From Antedon mediterranea (lineage: Eukaryota > Animalia > Echinodermata), in the NCBI RefSeq assembly GCF_964355755.1, contig NC_092674.1, positions 29,946,001-30,010,000 of the forward strand: a stretch of DNA of 64,000 nt, in the 5' to 3' direction. Below are positions 14,401-27,907 of this stretch, piece by piece. The notes under the pieces are model-generated. The model was not told where the DNA came from and made no database searches. It saw only the letters and a list, made by a program, of their open reading frames with translations. The position numbers and the translations under genes are program-made. The first letter of the stretch is position 1, and each line of letters starts with the position of its first letter.

Positions 14401-15505
14401 ACCGAAGAAAAGACAGAGATACGACAGTATGACGGACGAAGGGATTGGTAGTCCGGAATCTGAAGATGTGTCAGCCACTGTAAGTTTAATTTCAAAATTC
14501 TAACATCACTTTTTAAGTCCTAAGCTCATGTTATGGTTTTTCAAATAAACATTTCAAATTCAAATTTATTTTCTTTCTTTAATCATTTGTTTAAGAGTAT
14601 AAACGTAACCAAATCTGCTAGACAGGTGGTTTTTTATTACTACTGTATTTATTTAACTCTGTGGTGTTGTTAGTGGTTAAACCATCTTTAGAAAAGGATG
14701 TGCTGAATTATACAGTTGTTTTTTATTTCTCTTATGTAGATTGACGATTTGCGAAAAGAAATGTTAGAACTGCGTTGCCAGTTAGATCGAGAACGGAGAT
14801 TTCGCCTTCTTCTTGAGGATCAAAACAGAGGACTTGAATCGCAACTCTACCCAGAAAAACTTAAAGAATTGACAAAACAGGTAAAAGATATTACAGTTCA
14901 CTAACAGCAGGTTCCATGGGGAGAGCCAAAATTATACTAGAAAAATATAGATCATTCCTTTCAGCACTTTTTTAAGCTTTGGGCCTGCGTTCAAAATAAT
15001 GCATATGCCAATGCATCCTCGCTTTTTTTCCTAAAAACTTATTTTTATTTTTCAAGTGTGAATTTACACTCATGGGTGCAACAATAGCCGCTTGTCTTTT
15101 CATGTAAATTGATTGTGTCAATTTGGTTTTGTTTAGGTGCACTCAAGGAACCCATACCAACAGCAGCATACAGAACTTTCAGTATTACAACAAGTTCCAA
15201 TGGGCCTACCTGTCATGTCTGTTCCAATGTCATCATCATCGACCTCTCAGCAAAACCTTGAGACGATTGTTAAAGCTATTCGACATCTAGAGGGCGACAG
15301 ATGTACACCAGGAAATACACCTCTACATACTCCGACGCCGGACCAGCAACAAGCTATGGATAGTGAAACGGAGAGCGATAAAGATCTCATTATCGAAAAT
15401 CACATATACTCAAATGAAGCTAGGTCCAATGTCAAAGTTGAGGTCATTGAACCAGTGCCGTACCAAACATTTCAATACTCTCGCCCTGGGATTTATGTGT
15501 CGTGA
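11460..15505 (+). CDS. TFAP4: Transcription factor AP-4 (bHLH-ZIP); exons 11460-11604, 14270-14479, 14740-14880, 15137-15505
   Basis: Spliced translation gives EKRVRREIANSNERRRMQSINAGFQSLKTLIPHSDGEKLSK/AAILQQTAEH, DEGIGSP, LRKEMLELR...LYPEKLK and QNLETIVKAIRHLEG, all hallmark AP-4/cropped motifs. GT-AG introns with consistent phases. Confidence 0.96.
12382..12538. mobile_element. MITE family A (PIF/Harbinger-like)
   Basis: TIR AGCTCTGTCTACAC and the shared core GATGTGC(C/T)CATATATGGACATGATGATGTC; right TIR degraded. Confidence 0.85.
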
Positions 15506-16127
15506 TTTCTGTCCGCTGAGGGCAGTGTTTATTAACTGTCCCTCAGATGTCGAGAGTGGGAATTAAAAATGAGATGGTTGGTTTAGTCATCATCGATTTA
15601 ATGTCTCATGTCAAAGACCACCCAATATTTGTTTTTGTCTCATTGAATAAGTAAATTTGGATCCATTTATATGTTGGATACCAGGGTTTTTGCAATAGTC
15701 CAACTGTATTTAGTCATGAATGGTAATTGATTCTCAAAAACATAAACACTATTTTTTATTAACTTTGTTTTCCTTATCTTGTGCTTATATATCGTAAATT
15801 TTACAAACAAAAACTTCCTAAAACTGTATTTTGAATTTAAAAAAAATAAATTAAAGGCCTGAAATTCTATTTTTTTTTATGTAGTTACTTAAGTCTGTGA
15901 TCTTTTGTGATTATAAATCAATCAAATTACTGTACTGTATATTCTAAGATTATATTCCACAAATGTGTTGGCCTTTTTATCTAAATTTTACTTATATAAT
16001 AAATACTATTTTTTTGTCTTTTGTGATTCTAAATCGGTCTATCAAAAGCTGTGTGTATTGTTTTGAATGTGTAAATGAATAATATATTATAAGGAGTACA
16101 CAGAGGGATATTATATTTATATCATAA

Positions 16128-16327
16128 GCCTGCGTTCACACTACAAACATTCTCTATATATGGCCATTTTTTAATTAACTTACTGTAGTATTATTATACT
16201 GTAATACACTTTGTAGACTTTTTTCTTGTCAAAAGTATTTAAAAATATTTACAAATGAAATTGTATAAAAGGGTATTTATAAAACAACAAATTGTTTGGG
16301 TATTCAATTTTGTAGTGTGAACAGGAT
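16128..16327. mobile_element. MITE-like element in the TFAP4 3' region
   Basis: 14-bp inverted repeat GTTCACACTACAAA (16134) and TTTGTAGTGTGAAC (16309), with TAA/TTA flanks. Confidence 0.5.
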
Positions 16328-17785
16328 TTATGAATCAAAATTCCAGATGGACGTAACAAAGATTTACATTTGTATAATTATTTATAAAAATCGAGATGCA
16401 AGCTAAGTTTAAGAATGTTTTTATGATAAACAAAAAATAATTAGCCAGAATAGGTGTATAGAAAATTCACATACTAGTGGCATTTCACTTGTAATGCTAA
16501 TTAACTTAATTTGAGTAATTGAAGATTTCCCTTTATAGGAATGGAAGAGTCCTAATTTAATATTCCAAATAAGGTTGCGTTGCCACGTGAATATTAGTAA
16601 TAATAAATGATAAACAGCAGTATAGATGATTGCGTTTAACAACCCTGATCGATGATAGGTATAGAATAGATTACATTTTTTTTCTAAGAAGGGTTATTCC
16701 ATTACACCACGAGGTTGAAATGCGTACGCCCCAGACGTTTCAGCGACGGTAAAGAATGTAGACCCTGGCCAAGTTGTCTGAGGCCGGGTTTTCGCTTGGT
16801 TTGGCGTGCTGCCAGTTGCAAAGGAAATTAAACTTTGGCGCGATTGGTCATTATGGTTCCGTTAGGAAGCGTTGCATTTCCTTGCCATTAAAAGATCAGT
16901 GATTCATGCAACTTTGAATTCCCACGAGGCATTGCTTTATAGACAAGTCATCGGAGGCTAGCAAAGTGGTAATATCATTGCCTCAAACATACAGACATAA
17001 CGGCAATATGTTACTTTCTGTAACATTAAATTCAGGTCACAATAAACCAATAAATGTGACGCATTATAACTTGCTTTTGGCTAAACTTACCAATCTCAAG
17101 GGGTTCCGTGTTCAAATCCACATGAGGATGTTTCTTGTTGCCATATCGGTGCCACTATCTGAGCCTCAAGAATAATTTTAAAATCCTCATGCACACACAT
17201 CCTGCAATGGGAAAGAATAAATAAAATTAATCTGAACTATATTTGATAACAAATCCAAATTATTTAAAATTAAGAATCTGTATATTTTAACCATTTTGCG
17301 ATAGTAATTGTTGTTTGTTTGTTCATTTATTTGTTTTTTATACGAGAATGGAGATATACAGTAGAATTCTCCAGTAATATTGTGTTAATGTTGATGCATC
17401 AGATGCTATTGTATAAATTGTATATAAAGTGAGAGAGCGGGATGGGAGGGTTTGTGGGTGGGTCAGGGAAGAGTGTGCCGATGGTCAATTTAATAAGAAA
17501 GGTTTATAAAACAGTTTCATTATAAGTAGATATTTATTGTGTCTAGTCAGCGAAAACTAATACGTAGGATATTTAAAAATACTGTATGAATTAAGACGCA
17601 TTCTAATGGTTGTAATTTTGCGAAGCGTAAGGTTCTGTAATTGCGAGTCCTAAAAGAAACATGTTTTAGTACTGTAGATGAATAGATAATTCTCAGGTAC
17701 ACTAGTTCACTGAATTCAGTGAAAAGATCCAGGATTTCGATATAAGGGGATGCCTAAAAACTGTAAAATAAAGTGCTCAACCTAA

Positions 17786-17935
17786 AGCTCTGTTTACATT
17801 ATCAAACATCAAACTAGTTTGATGAAAAAAAGTGTGATGTACCCAAATATGGTAATGATATGACATCATCATGTCCATATATGGGCACATCACATTTTTT
17901 TTGTCACAAAAAGTTTCGATACTGTAAACAGAGCT
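17786..17935. mobile_element. MITE family A, reverse orientation
   Basis: TIRs AGCTCTGTTTACA...TGTAAACAGAGCT with TAA on both sides (TSD). Confidence 0.88.
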
Positions 17936-20900
17936 TAACATCCCTTATATTGTATTTAGGTGGAACCTGGATCAAATGGCTCCCCTTGGGTATGCCTATG
18001 GAATTTGTTTCGTGCTTGGATTCTAGCAATTATTCAGAACATTTTATACTTCTTGCAAGTTCAACTCATATGTGTATAGGTTTTGATTGTTTTATGTCTA
18101 CAGGTTATGTAACGCTAAAAGACAGTGGCCGCATGGCTTGCTTTTGCCTTACAACAATACAGGGAGAAATAGTGGTGTATATTCTAAGGGGTTGATAGGT
18201 TGGGGTGGATAATTAGGTTACACTAAAAAAGGGACATTAATTGGGGAAACAATGAACTGGAAACCATTGGGGTTTTTTCTTCTTGAAATGACATATTTCT
18301 GGATTTAAAAAAAAAATTCAAATTTGTACTGGTTCAATGTGTTCAATATATTTTATTATTTGGCAGTTTACGATTATAACAAGTAGAATCCCCTGCCACC
18401 ACCCCCACTATCAAACACCCCCCCCCCCACACCTTTTTTATGGTTACACCACTGTCAACAGTAGTATGTTTAACAATGCAATTTTACATTTCCTTGCTTT
18501 AGTTTGGTATTTAACAATGCAACTTTTATTTATTGTCATTTTCATATTAAATCACACAAAACAAATTGGTTAAATTCCACCATGTTGTGTTTTTAAGGTT
18601 TTTAACAGCGCCTGTATATCAAATAGTTAAACGAATTAAACAAGAAGTTATATTATTCTTATCACTTGATTAAAATGAATGACAAAATAAGTTGAATACA
18701 TGATCTTCCAACATTTTAAGAGTTCACTTAGTTTTAAGTAACTTGATTAATACTCATGTTGTATGGATGTTGCTTTACAACACCTGATTGACACAAAACC
18801 TAATTTAAGTAAATGCACCATGTTAGGGACTTTTTCAAAATGATTGAACTGTAGTTACTATATTTAGTACTCTTTAAAATGTTTTTTTTGGATATAATTT
18901 ACTTTCACACTGTTTATTGAACTTCAACAATTAAGACAAACTAAAATCATGCGTTACTGCAGTAATAACATGTAGTTACTGCAGTAACTGAAGTTGAATA
19001 ATTTTGACTAAGTACACATAATCCTTATCATTGACTAATCCCTGGATTCTGCTACATAATTATCTGTTAATCCTCTATTATATATCACATTAATCTCTAT
19101 AATCCATATTGATAATCTCTTGATATTTTTCTGAAATGTTTACTGTAGCATGACAGGCATTGCTTTGACGTTGCCGTCGTCGTTTACTAGTGTTGTTAAA
19201 TTTGATGTCTTGTGTAATGGTTGTCAAATAAATCAGTCTAAATTATATTGATATATATACACAGAAATACTGTCTTTGTTTTTGTTAATAGATATTAAAT
19301 GCTATATATTATTAAGAGCATTTAACATTCAGAATTGAATACACTGAAGCTGATTCTATTAATGCCCCACCCTTTATCTTGTTTTCAGGGAAATACGAGG
19401 GGAATCCCCTTTGCCGCGTCAACCAATCATAAGGTAGAATTTTATTTCAAATCACATTCCACGACTCTTTCCACGACGCAAACCTATCGCGTTGTGAGAT
19501 TATAAAATTGATTCTAAACTCTGCTAAAATATCAGTAACAGACAAATATGGTTAATACTGTTTTGATATTAACAACTTGAATTCCAATCCAAGCCTATCA
19601 CTGCAGACGACTAATATGTATTTGATTATAATATTATCAGTACAGTACTGTAGTAGGATAATACAAATACTAATAATAGGGGCCTACCGTATTCTGTTGT
19701 TTAGTAAGCATAGTTGTAGTACAATACTATGCACAATATAGTATTAATTAGTAGATTTATTTATTATGAATTATTTAGTTTGGCTGAGAATGGGGGCGAC
19801 ATTGCTTTTTATAAAGTTATTACATCCGTAATGCAACACATGGGGGCGGTCTTACGTTTTTACATTGTGTCACAGATCATGGATCTGGATCTCGCCTATA
19901 AATTAATTAATTTATATGTCCATGGTCAGATGATAGATATGGTCAGATAGTGACTCTAAAACCACGTAGCTTATCCTTATTTCCGGTTTCTTTATTCTCC
20001 GTTTTGTTTTGGTTCTAAATTCTAAATCACGACGTTTATTTATACTTGGCGTTTTGAGCAATAGCCAACCCATAGAGGGCGGTAATGTCTTTTTCCCTAT
20101 AAAATACACCCAAACGTAGAGGGCACTTTTTAGTATGGGTAATGAAAAAAGGTAAAGCAATGAACTGGAAACACTGACCAGATGCATTGAAAATAATAGT
20201 TTTTTTTTAATATGAAAATTTATTAGGCACATGGCCAAGGAGAATCAGTAGTAAATATTTATTTAAATCAGATAGACAATGAAAATTCTTTCTCTGTAGT
20301 GATAATTATATTTTGAAATATTGTTTATTTCATACTTTAAAAATAACAATATAGTACTTAATTAAAGAATACAGCAGTTGCGTCCAAAAGTAGGAACAAA
20401 GATTTAGGTTCCTTTCATTGTATGTTTTATTTTTATTTATAAATGTTTTAATTTTTGGTGTAGTTGAAAACGGTTGTTGACATTATGATTAAGTGTGCTT
20501 CCACTCTGCACTAGTTCAAAAGTCACAATCAATACAATTATTTTTAATTTTAAAAATATTTTCATGTGTTACGCTATACAATAGTGTCCGGAGATTGTGG
20601 TTTGATCGACTCGACTGTGTGTCACAAAATAGGTGAAATGTCAGTCTAGTATACCATTCATTCATAACAAAATGTATTTTGAATTAGGCCTAATGGTACT
20701 TATTCAAATAAACCGAGAGCGACCTTTCGAATAGTAGCCACAATTAGTAAAATTAATATAAATTATTAATGATAATGACATTTATTTTCTTGGCAATGAT
20801 TCCGATAAAACCCTACTGAAATCACTCAACCGGAACAAATCTCTCAACCGGAATCAATCGTGCGTCGTGATATCATATCCCGTATCTCCGCTAAAGGGAT

Positions 20901-21251
20901 AGTTTATTTACTAAGCGGCGAATTTCAAACGATGCACTTGTGTGTTGTTCACTGATTGTTGACAAACAATGGCGGGGTCTTATATTTTTGAAATTTCTTG
21001 ACTGTGGTGTGTAAGAAGTTCTTACAAATTCTATTTTGTTTCTACGTTTGTGTCGTCGCCAAAGCGTCGGTCTGTAAGAGCAACGCAAACAATTATACAG
21101 TGGTCAGCTTCATGTTCTTAGATGACATATTAATTAAAACAATTCGTAGAATTCGGGCAGAAATAGATATATTTGTAGTAGCTATTAATATACTCCGTGG
21201 TAACTGGTTAGAGAGTGAGGAAGAAAAATACTTCCGAATTAGAAGGTGCGA

Positions 21252-21259
21252 TATAAAAG
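21252..21259 (+). promoter_or_regulatory. Candidate Cdx TATA box TATAAAAG
   Basis: Consensus TATA about 530 bp upstream of the Cdx ATG in a CpG-richer region; the TSS cannot be verified. Confidence 0.35.
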
Positions 21260-21785
21260 CAGAGACATAAAAAGTTGGTGTCGGCGGCGAACACACCGGA
21301 TTTCGGCATAAACAACAACCAAATAACCACGCTGGACCGACGTTTGTTTACTTTTCTCTTTACTATTGATGCTAATTAGTTGATGATAGTGTGCTTAGTA
21401 GTTCTATCAGCGGCGTCTTTGATCTCCTACATCTTCTTTTGTAAGTAAATACAACTAATTTGCATAATTCCCCTAATAAGGGAACCGATAAACACGCGCT
21501 AGGATCTGGAAAGAAAATCAGCACACATTTTGTGTCTTTGTCGCAAAGAGGGAAGTTCAAAATTGTCACGACAGAACAAGAGTAGTTGCTGATCGAATGT
21601 TTGAGTTGTAATTTTACGATTTTCCAAGCAAACACTTGTAAAAGACTGTGCAGGGGCCGACTAACACACTATTGCTTGCTAACCGGTCGTTAAAGTCATC
21701 GTCCAAGTATTATTACAGTCATAACTGAATTGATACTGCCGCTAACCCACTCGCAACATTTTATTCGTTTAACACCGGGGACACT

Positions 21786-24700
21786 ATGTTATTAGACTAC
21801 TCCGCCATTGAAGACGAGTCTCACGCGTATTATTTTGACGACGAAGACGATATGTACAGATCTCAGGCCAATTTCTGCCCTACGACAGGCAGCTACAACA
21901 TTGCTCAACAACAGGCTCAGTACCCCGGATCCGATTTTTATTACACTGAACCCAGAACGTCTCAGGAGCAACTGATGAGTACATCGACTTGGACCCCGAC
22001 TCCTTCTAGCACACGTGGAATGACAGACTGGCAAGGACAAGTGACGATGGGGTCATACATAAACCCGATGGACCAACAGACAAACAGTGTGGCACAGTAC
22101 AGTGAATCGGACAATTATTCAGGTCTTTGCGCCGTTGCCCAGGCAATCAATCGCACGCCAACCATGAGCTATCACCACCAATGGATGCGTTCTTCAACCT
22201 ACAGATTTAATCCATCCACAGGTTAGTACACCTTTATCAAATTAAGGCTTAACAGTATATACACGCGATTAACAGTGCTTAACGCGCGCAGTTAGTTATC
22301 ATCACGCGCGCGTTAAATTTGACAAACGGTTAAAACCACGTGTGAATGATTTTATTGCTAATTAAAACCCCGAATAGCTTCTATAGTAGTAAAACCAACC
22401 ATAACTTAATACAGATTGTAAATCTTATGGTTATACGAATGATGCATATAAAATGTTAGGTAAGTACGTAGTATAATTCAGAAGAAGTACCTCTCATGTG
22501 TATTTAAGGGCGCATGAAATTAGTCTTGCGGCATTTATACCACAACTTACGACAACAATGGTTTCTGTTTCGCCTTACCTCCGATCTGATTCTCTGCCCT
22601 TGTGGATTTACAATAGTGTAACATGAATGTATTGGAATACGTACCAATTTTCATCAAGATAGGCATTTAATAGACTTTGGATCTTACAATATTACATTTT
22701 TGGTGCATACGTTGTTGGGATATATTTCCTCCAGTCATCAAAGGTAAACTTTAGAGGCTTTATTAGAATGTATTACATCTCTGTCTAATATTGAATAACA
22801 GGGTGATTACCCCTGTAATATCTAGAGCTAGATGAAAAAGTTTTTAGTACCGTAGTTCTTAGTATTATATTTTAGACCAGGAAATGGTGATATTTTCAAG
22901 AGATAACAGAGTAAAGACATTTACTCTTATCTATGGTGTGAGCCAGGCAACCGATAGACAATTAATACTTATAGACAGATCATTCATTGGATTTAAGTGA
23001 CAATCAAAATCATTTAAAATAATTCTCAAACTTACCATAAGGTTTACAAATAAGAAAATACTTTACTTATAGTTTTTATTTCTATACGATTGGAAAACAT
23101 AAACATTTTGACACATATGGCGTGTCATACTTTAGCTGGGTACGGACAACAATAACAAAAAAAGAAATAACCATGGAGAATTCTGTGGGATAATAATAAT
23201 AATAATAATAATTTATTTGGAAGCTACACTTTTGAAACAGTGGCACACTTGAATGAAGGTGCGTCCAGAGTAATTAAAATAAAAGGGTAAAACAAATTAT
23301 ATAACAATAGACCTATTTACAAGGAAACTTAAACTAAATTATGTAGAAAATATAAAAAAATAACATTAACAAAAAATTTCAGTAATACAGGATTTAAAAA
23401 ACACAGAACTAAGCATTTTCATTGATAAAGATTTGATGTAATATTGTGAACGCTTCTACAATATTCCAGATGATTGACGCCAAATATTTATTTATCTTCC
23501 TATTCTAACACAGATTTTATTATTTTATTGTGTCATCATAATAGTGTTATGGTCTCATAATTACATCTCCTTATTTACTGACTTTCAACTTTTCAACTAT
23601 GGACATTCCACGCTATTGTTTTCAGGAATGGGGACCCGGATGGGGACCAGCTATAGTTTGATCATGGAGAAATAAACTTATTTTTTTCCATGGTTTGATC
23701 GAAGTCGATTCGGGTAGATTCTGCCATGGTGGAGAAATAAGTTATTTCTCCATGATTCTGCAGAGAGTTGTGCATTTTTATTTATATAATTATTGTTATT
23801 ATAACTTTTTACTACATTGTCATGGAGGAATTTACTATTTTGTTTGTTGTTATTAATCATTAAAATTTAATGAGGCAATTTACTCTTATTCTTAAATAAA
23901 TTTTAAGTTCAGTATGCCTGTTATTGTCAGTTTTTGTTATAGTTTAAGATTAATATGTTTTTAGAATGTCTTCCTTAAGAAGTTTTACAGTTCTAGTTTG
24001 ACGACTATACCGAAAAGTGTGCTGCCACTGATAAAATTCTGAATATTCTTTATTTTTGAACACAGAAATTATATTATATTATAATATTAGAATATTAAAA
24101 TTCATAACAATAGAAATATTAAATTAAATACCTAACATATTAAAATACCTAACAATATAATTTAAAAAAAAGTAAAGTACAACAAAAGTGTGAAAAACAG
24201 GATCACTAAAAACAAGCAAAAGTTTGTGATCTGTGGCCCCTTAACTCTCACCCTGACATACTAATAAATATTAATAATAGGGCTGTTATTAAAATAAAAT
24301 TTGGTAAAATGAACATCATGATGAAACAGCCTGATAACGTTGAAACTGCCGCCTTGTTGTGATGTGGTAGTTTCTTACTTACACTAAAGTTGTTTATTTA
24401 TTTTATTGAACAGTGCCGCTAACGTTGTTTACTAATTAATTAACATAAACTGACTTATCTTGCTTCATTAAAGCCTTAGGCGGCGCACTTTGATCAATTT
24501 AAAAAAGAGTTGATTAGGAAAGAAGAAGACTGGTAAATGTTTGTTTTAAAATATATAAATTGGTCGGCTACTTGAATGTACATGTCGGCAAGTCTTTGAT
24601 GTCAATTCTCAATTTAGTTATAAGACTTACTTATTACAACATATAAATTAAGTACAGGTAATAAGAATATTAAAACTAACCACTATTGTCATCATCAATA

Positions 24701-25826
24701 TCATCAACATATCATCATCATCAACATATCATCATCATCAACATATCATCATCATCAACATATCATCATCATCAACATATCATCATCGTCAACATATCAT
24801 CATCATCAACATATCATCATCATCAACATATTATCATCATCAACATATTATCATCATCAACATATCATCATCATCAACATATCATCATCATCAACATATC
24901 ATCATCAACATATCATCATCATCAACATATCATCATCATCAACATATCATCATCATCAACATATCATCATCATCATCAAAATATCATCGTCATCATCACC
25001 TTATCATCATCACCAACATATCATCATTAACATATCATCATCATCATCATCAAAATATCATCGTCATCATCACCTTATCATCATTAACATCGTCATCATC
25101 AACAATGTTTGGACTTATTATTATTATTATTTTTAATATTATCATTATTATTTTTATTTTTTCCAGGTAAAACAAGAACAAAAGATAAATACCGTGTGGT
25201 TTACACGGATCATCAACGTCTGGAGTTAGAGAAAGAGTTTCGATTTAGTCGCTACATCACCATCCGTCGCAAGTCCGAGTTAGCTACTTCACTTGGATTG
25301 TCAGAACGACAGGTAATATATGATAAATTTGTATTTAGTAATTTTTTTAACACTTGCACACTTTCCATTTTTTCCCTAAAACTGGTATTCCCACACACAG
25401 TGTAGGCCTAACATGGTAAACTTTGGTTAAGTCCGCACTCACGATAGCTCTGATGACAGCAGTCGTCCCTGCATCTACTCAACTGTTAATATGGCTTGGC
25501 ATTTAAAGCTATATTTTCTAAATTAGATTAGATAAATTTACTCATTTTGATTTTATTCAAAGGTTAAAATATGGTTTCAAAACAGAAGAGCAAAGGATAG
25601 AAAACAAGCTAAAAAGCAAGGAGTCCAATTGGATGAAACTGAAGGACCAAAACAGACCAATCAGAGAACAGGTTTTATTGAAGGAGTAGAAGACTATTCA
25701 AATCAAAAAGAATTGATGAGAAACATTCCAGCGTCTTACAGAATTACTGACCAACCAGCAACTGTTTTAATAAAAGAGGAACCCATTTCTAGCCAATCAC
25801 AAACGTCGTGTCTCAAGTCTTTATAA
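21786..25826 (+). CDS. Cdx: ParaHox homeobox protein Cdx/caudal (281 aa); exons 21786-22221, 25167-25312, 25563-25826
   Basis: Hexapeptide HQWMR, then [64 protein letters not shown]. Diagnostic Cdx homeodomain with the typical intron between SERQ and VKIW; splice phases consistent. Confidence 0.97.
23190..23640 (-). mobile_element. Probable degraded 3' end of a non-LTR retrotransposon in Cdx intron 1
   Basis: On the minus strand AATAAA is followed by an (ATT)n tail at 23190-23218; the body is too degraded to translate. Confidence 0.35.
24689..25102. repeat. (CAT)n-derived minisatellite, unit about ATCATCATCATCAACAT
   Basis: Directly visible; source of the His/Ile/Ser ORF 24686-25030. Confidence 0.95.
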
Positions 25827-26889
25827 ATCTTGACGATATTTGATCAAAACATTTCAAAGTTGACAGAAAGAAAGAGAGAGAGAGAGAGAGATTGATAATT
25901 GAGAACGAGGTTTTTTAAGCTAAAACCACCTGAAATAAGTGTTTGTAAATAATATACATATTTACTTTTATAAGTATTTTTATAGTTTAATATGTTTTGA
26001 GTATATAACATAAAAATACTAAAGTATCTCATTCCATTCTTGCCTAGTTTAGTATAACTTAAAACTATATTATTCCATGTCTTTTTCAGTTCTTTCAATA
26101 GCAATATTTTTAAAAGTAATGTAGACCTAACCATCTTTTTAAACAAAAGTCGTATCGTACCTTTTAAATTACGCTTTTCTTCGGAGTATTGCGTTAATTT
26201 TAACAGAAAGTCGTTGGAAACGCACATGTTTGACGCATTATATTATTATGTACTGTCTTATATTTTGTTTTATTTTACCGGTACACAGAAAGTTACAATA
26301 TTAAATTGTTAAATATGAAGTTTATTTATTATTGAACCACTAACACGTTTAATTTTTTGGAAAGTTTCTACACATGTACCGTATTGTATTGTACCTATTG
26401 TTCGTATTGTACGTGAAAATCAGGAATGCACGCACGCGCGCATGACTTTAAATAGTTTAAAATATTTTAATCGTGTGACTATGGCGTTGGTTTTAAACTA
26501 ATGTATCAATTTAGATTGTCGTTCTATGATCAACACCGACATTTATATTTGCTCTGCAAATAGACCTTTCGTCTGGGACACGATGTTAAGCTGATAATAC
26601 ATCCGATTATGGTCAGATAGTGACTCTCATAGAAGCTAGTTACATTAAACTTATCAATATTCTATTGTTCAATATTGTGTTAGGGCTGTCGATTTGTGTG
26701 AAGTGGTCCGACCTCCTCACAATAGAAACCACAGTTCTTGAACTTTGCTGATAAGCGGGGCCTACTAAAAATTAAGGGACTCGATCGAGTGCGCTTGTTA
26801 ATACGTACGACAGGATCAATTGCACGATTTCATAAATTGTTATGTATTATTATATTATGACTGGCCCAGATGATTGATACGGTTGTTAT

Positions 26890-27026
26890 GCTCTGTCTAC
26901 ACTATCAAACTTTATATGACAAAAAAATGTGATGTGCCCATATATGGACATGATGATGTCATATCACTACCATCTTTGGGCACATCATACTTTTTGTCAA
27001 ACTAGTTTGATAGTGTAGACAGAGCT
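26890..27026. mobile_element. MITE family A between Cdx and Xlox
   Basis: TIRs GCTCTGTCTACACTATCAAAC and GTTTGATAGTGTAGACAGAGC. Confidence 0.9.
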
Positions 27027-27907
27027 TTAGAGAATGTTGAACATACACACAATAAAGATTTGTATTAACATAACCTTTCCTTTCAGTAACACATTTTACT
27101 TTTGTATGGTACATACGTATTATTATTCCTAATCATTTTGGGTGGTTTTTACACATTACCTATTCGTGGTATGAAACATGTAGTTAAACCTATATTTAGT
27201 TTCTCTACGTCAAACGTTGTAGGCCTATTATTAAGGACGTACGGTAATAACCTAAATATAATGATAACAATTCGAATGATACATAATGCCCATATTTAAA
27301 TAGGCCTAGTTCTTAGTGGCAATTTATTCTTTGTTTTCTTGCACGATTGTTTCTAAGCCTACTGTGTGGTAACAATTGTGTTTTATCCAACTTCAATGTG
27401 TATATTGCTGTTTACCATTCTTTGCCATTGTTAATGTAATTTTATATATTGTATTGTGTTTTTTTTAACGTTCGCTCAGAAGCACCTTTGTTCTAGTAGA
27501 ACATATATTTAAAGTCAACTGAAAAAATCTGGTTAAAAATCGACTCTATTATTTAGTTTCGAATAGTTTGTTATCTCCATAAATTGAAATATGATGCGCG
27601 CGAAATTTAAATGCTTCGAATAATAATTCTTGACGTAAGGTGAGGTCTATGTCATTACGGTCTGAACGACTTCGACAATAATTTCACTGTAGGGCTTTCT
27701 AGTTTTTTACTTCAGAAAACAATATATGAAATTATTTTTAATGTGATTTGAATGTTTATGTTTAATAAACCGGTAAAACAAACGCAGAAATGTGTTTATA
27801 CGACGTATCTAGCCTATCTACTAGGCTAGGTAACGTCAGTGTCCAGTCCGGTCCTCCTCACGTTTAAAATCAATTAAAGATGTAGAATAGAATACGAGAA
27901 ACTTCAT

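Noticed and set aside
24686-25030. His/Ile/Ser-rich 114-aa ORF
   Set aside because: Translation of the (CAT)n-derived repeat inside Cdx intron 1.
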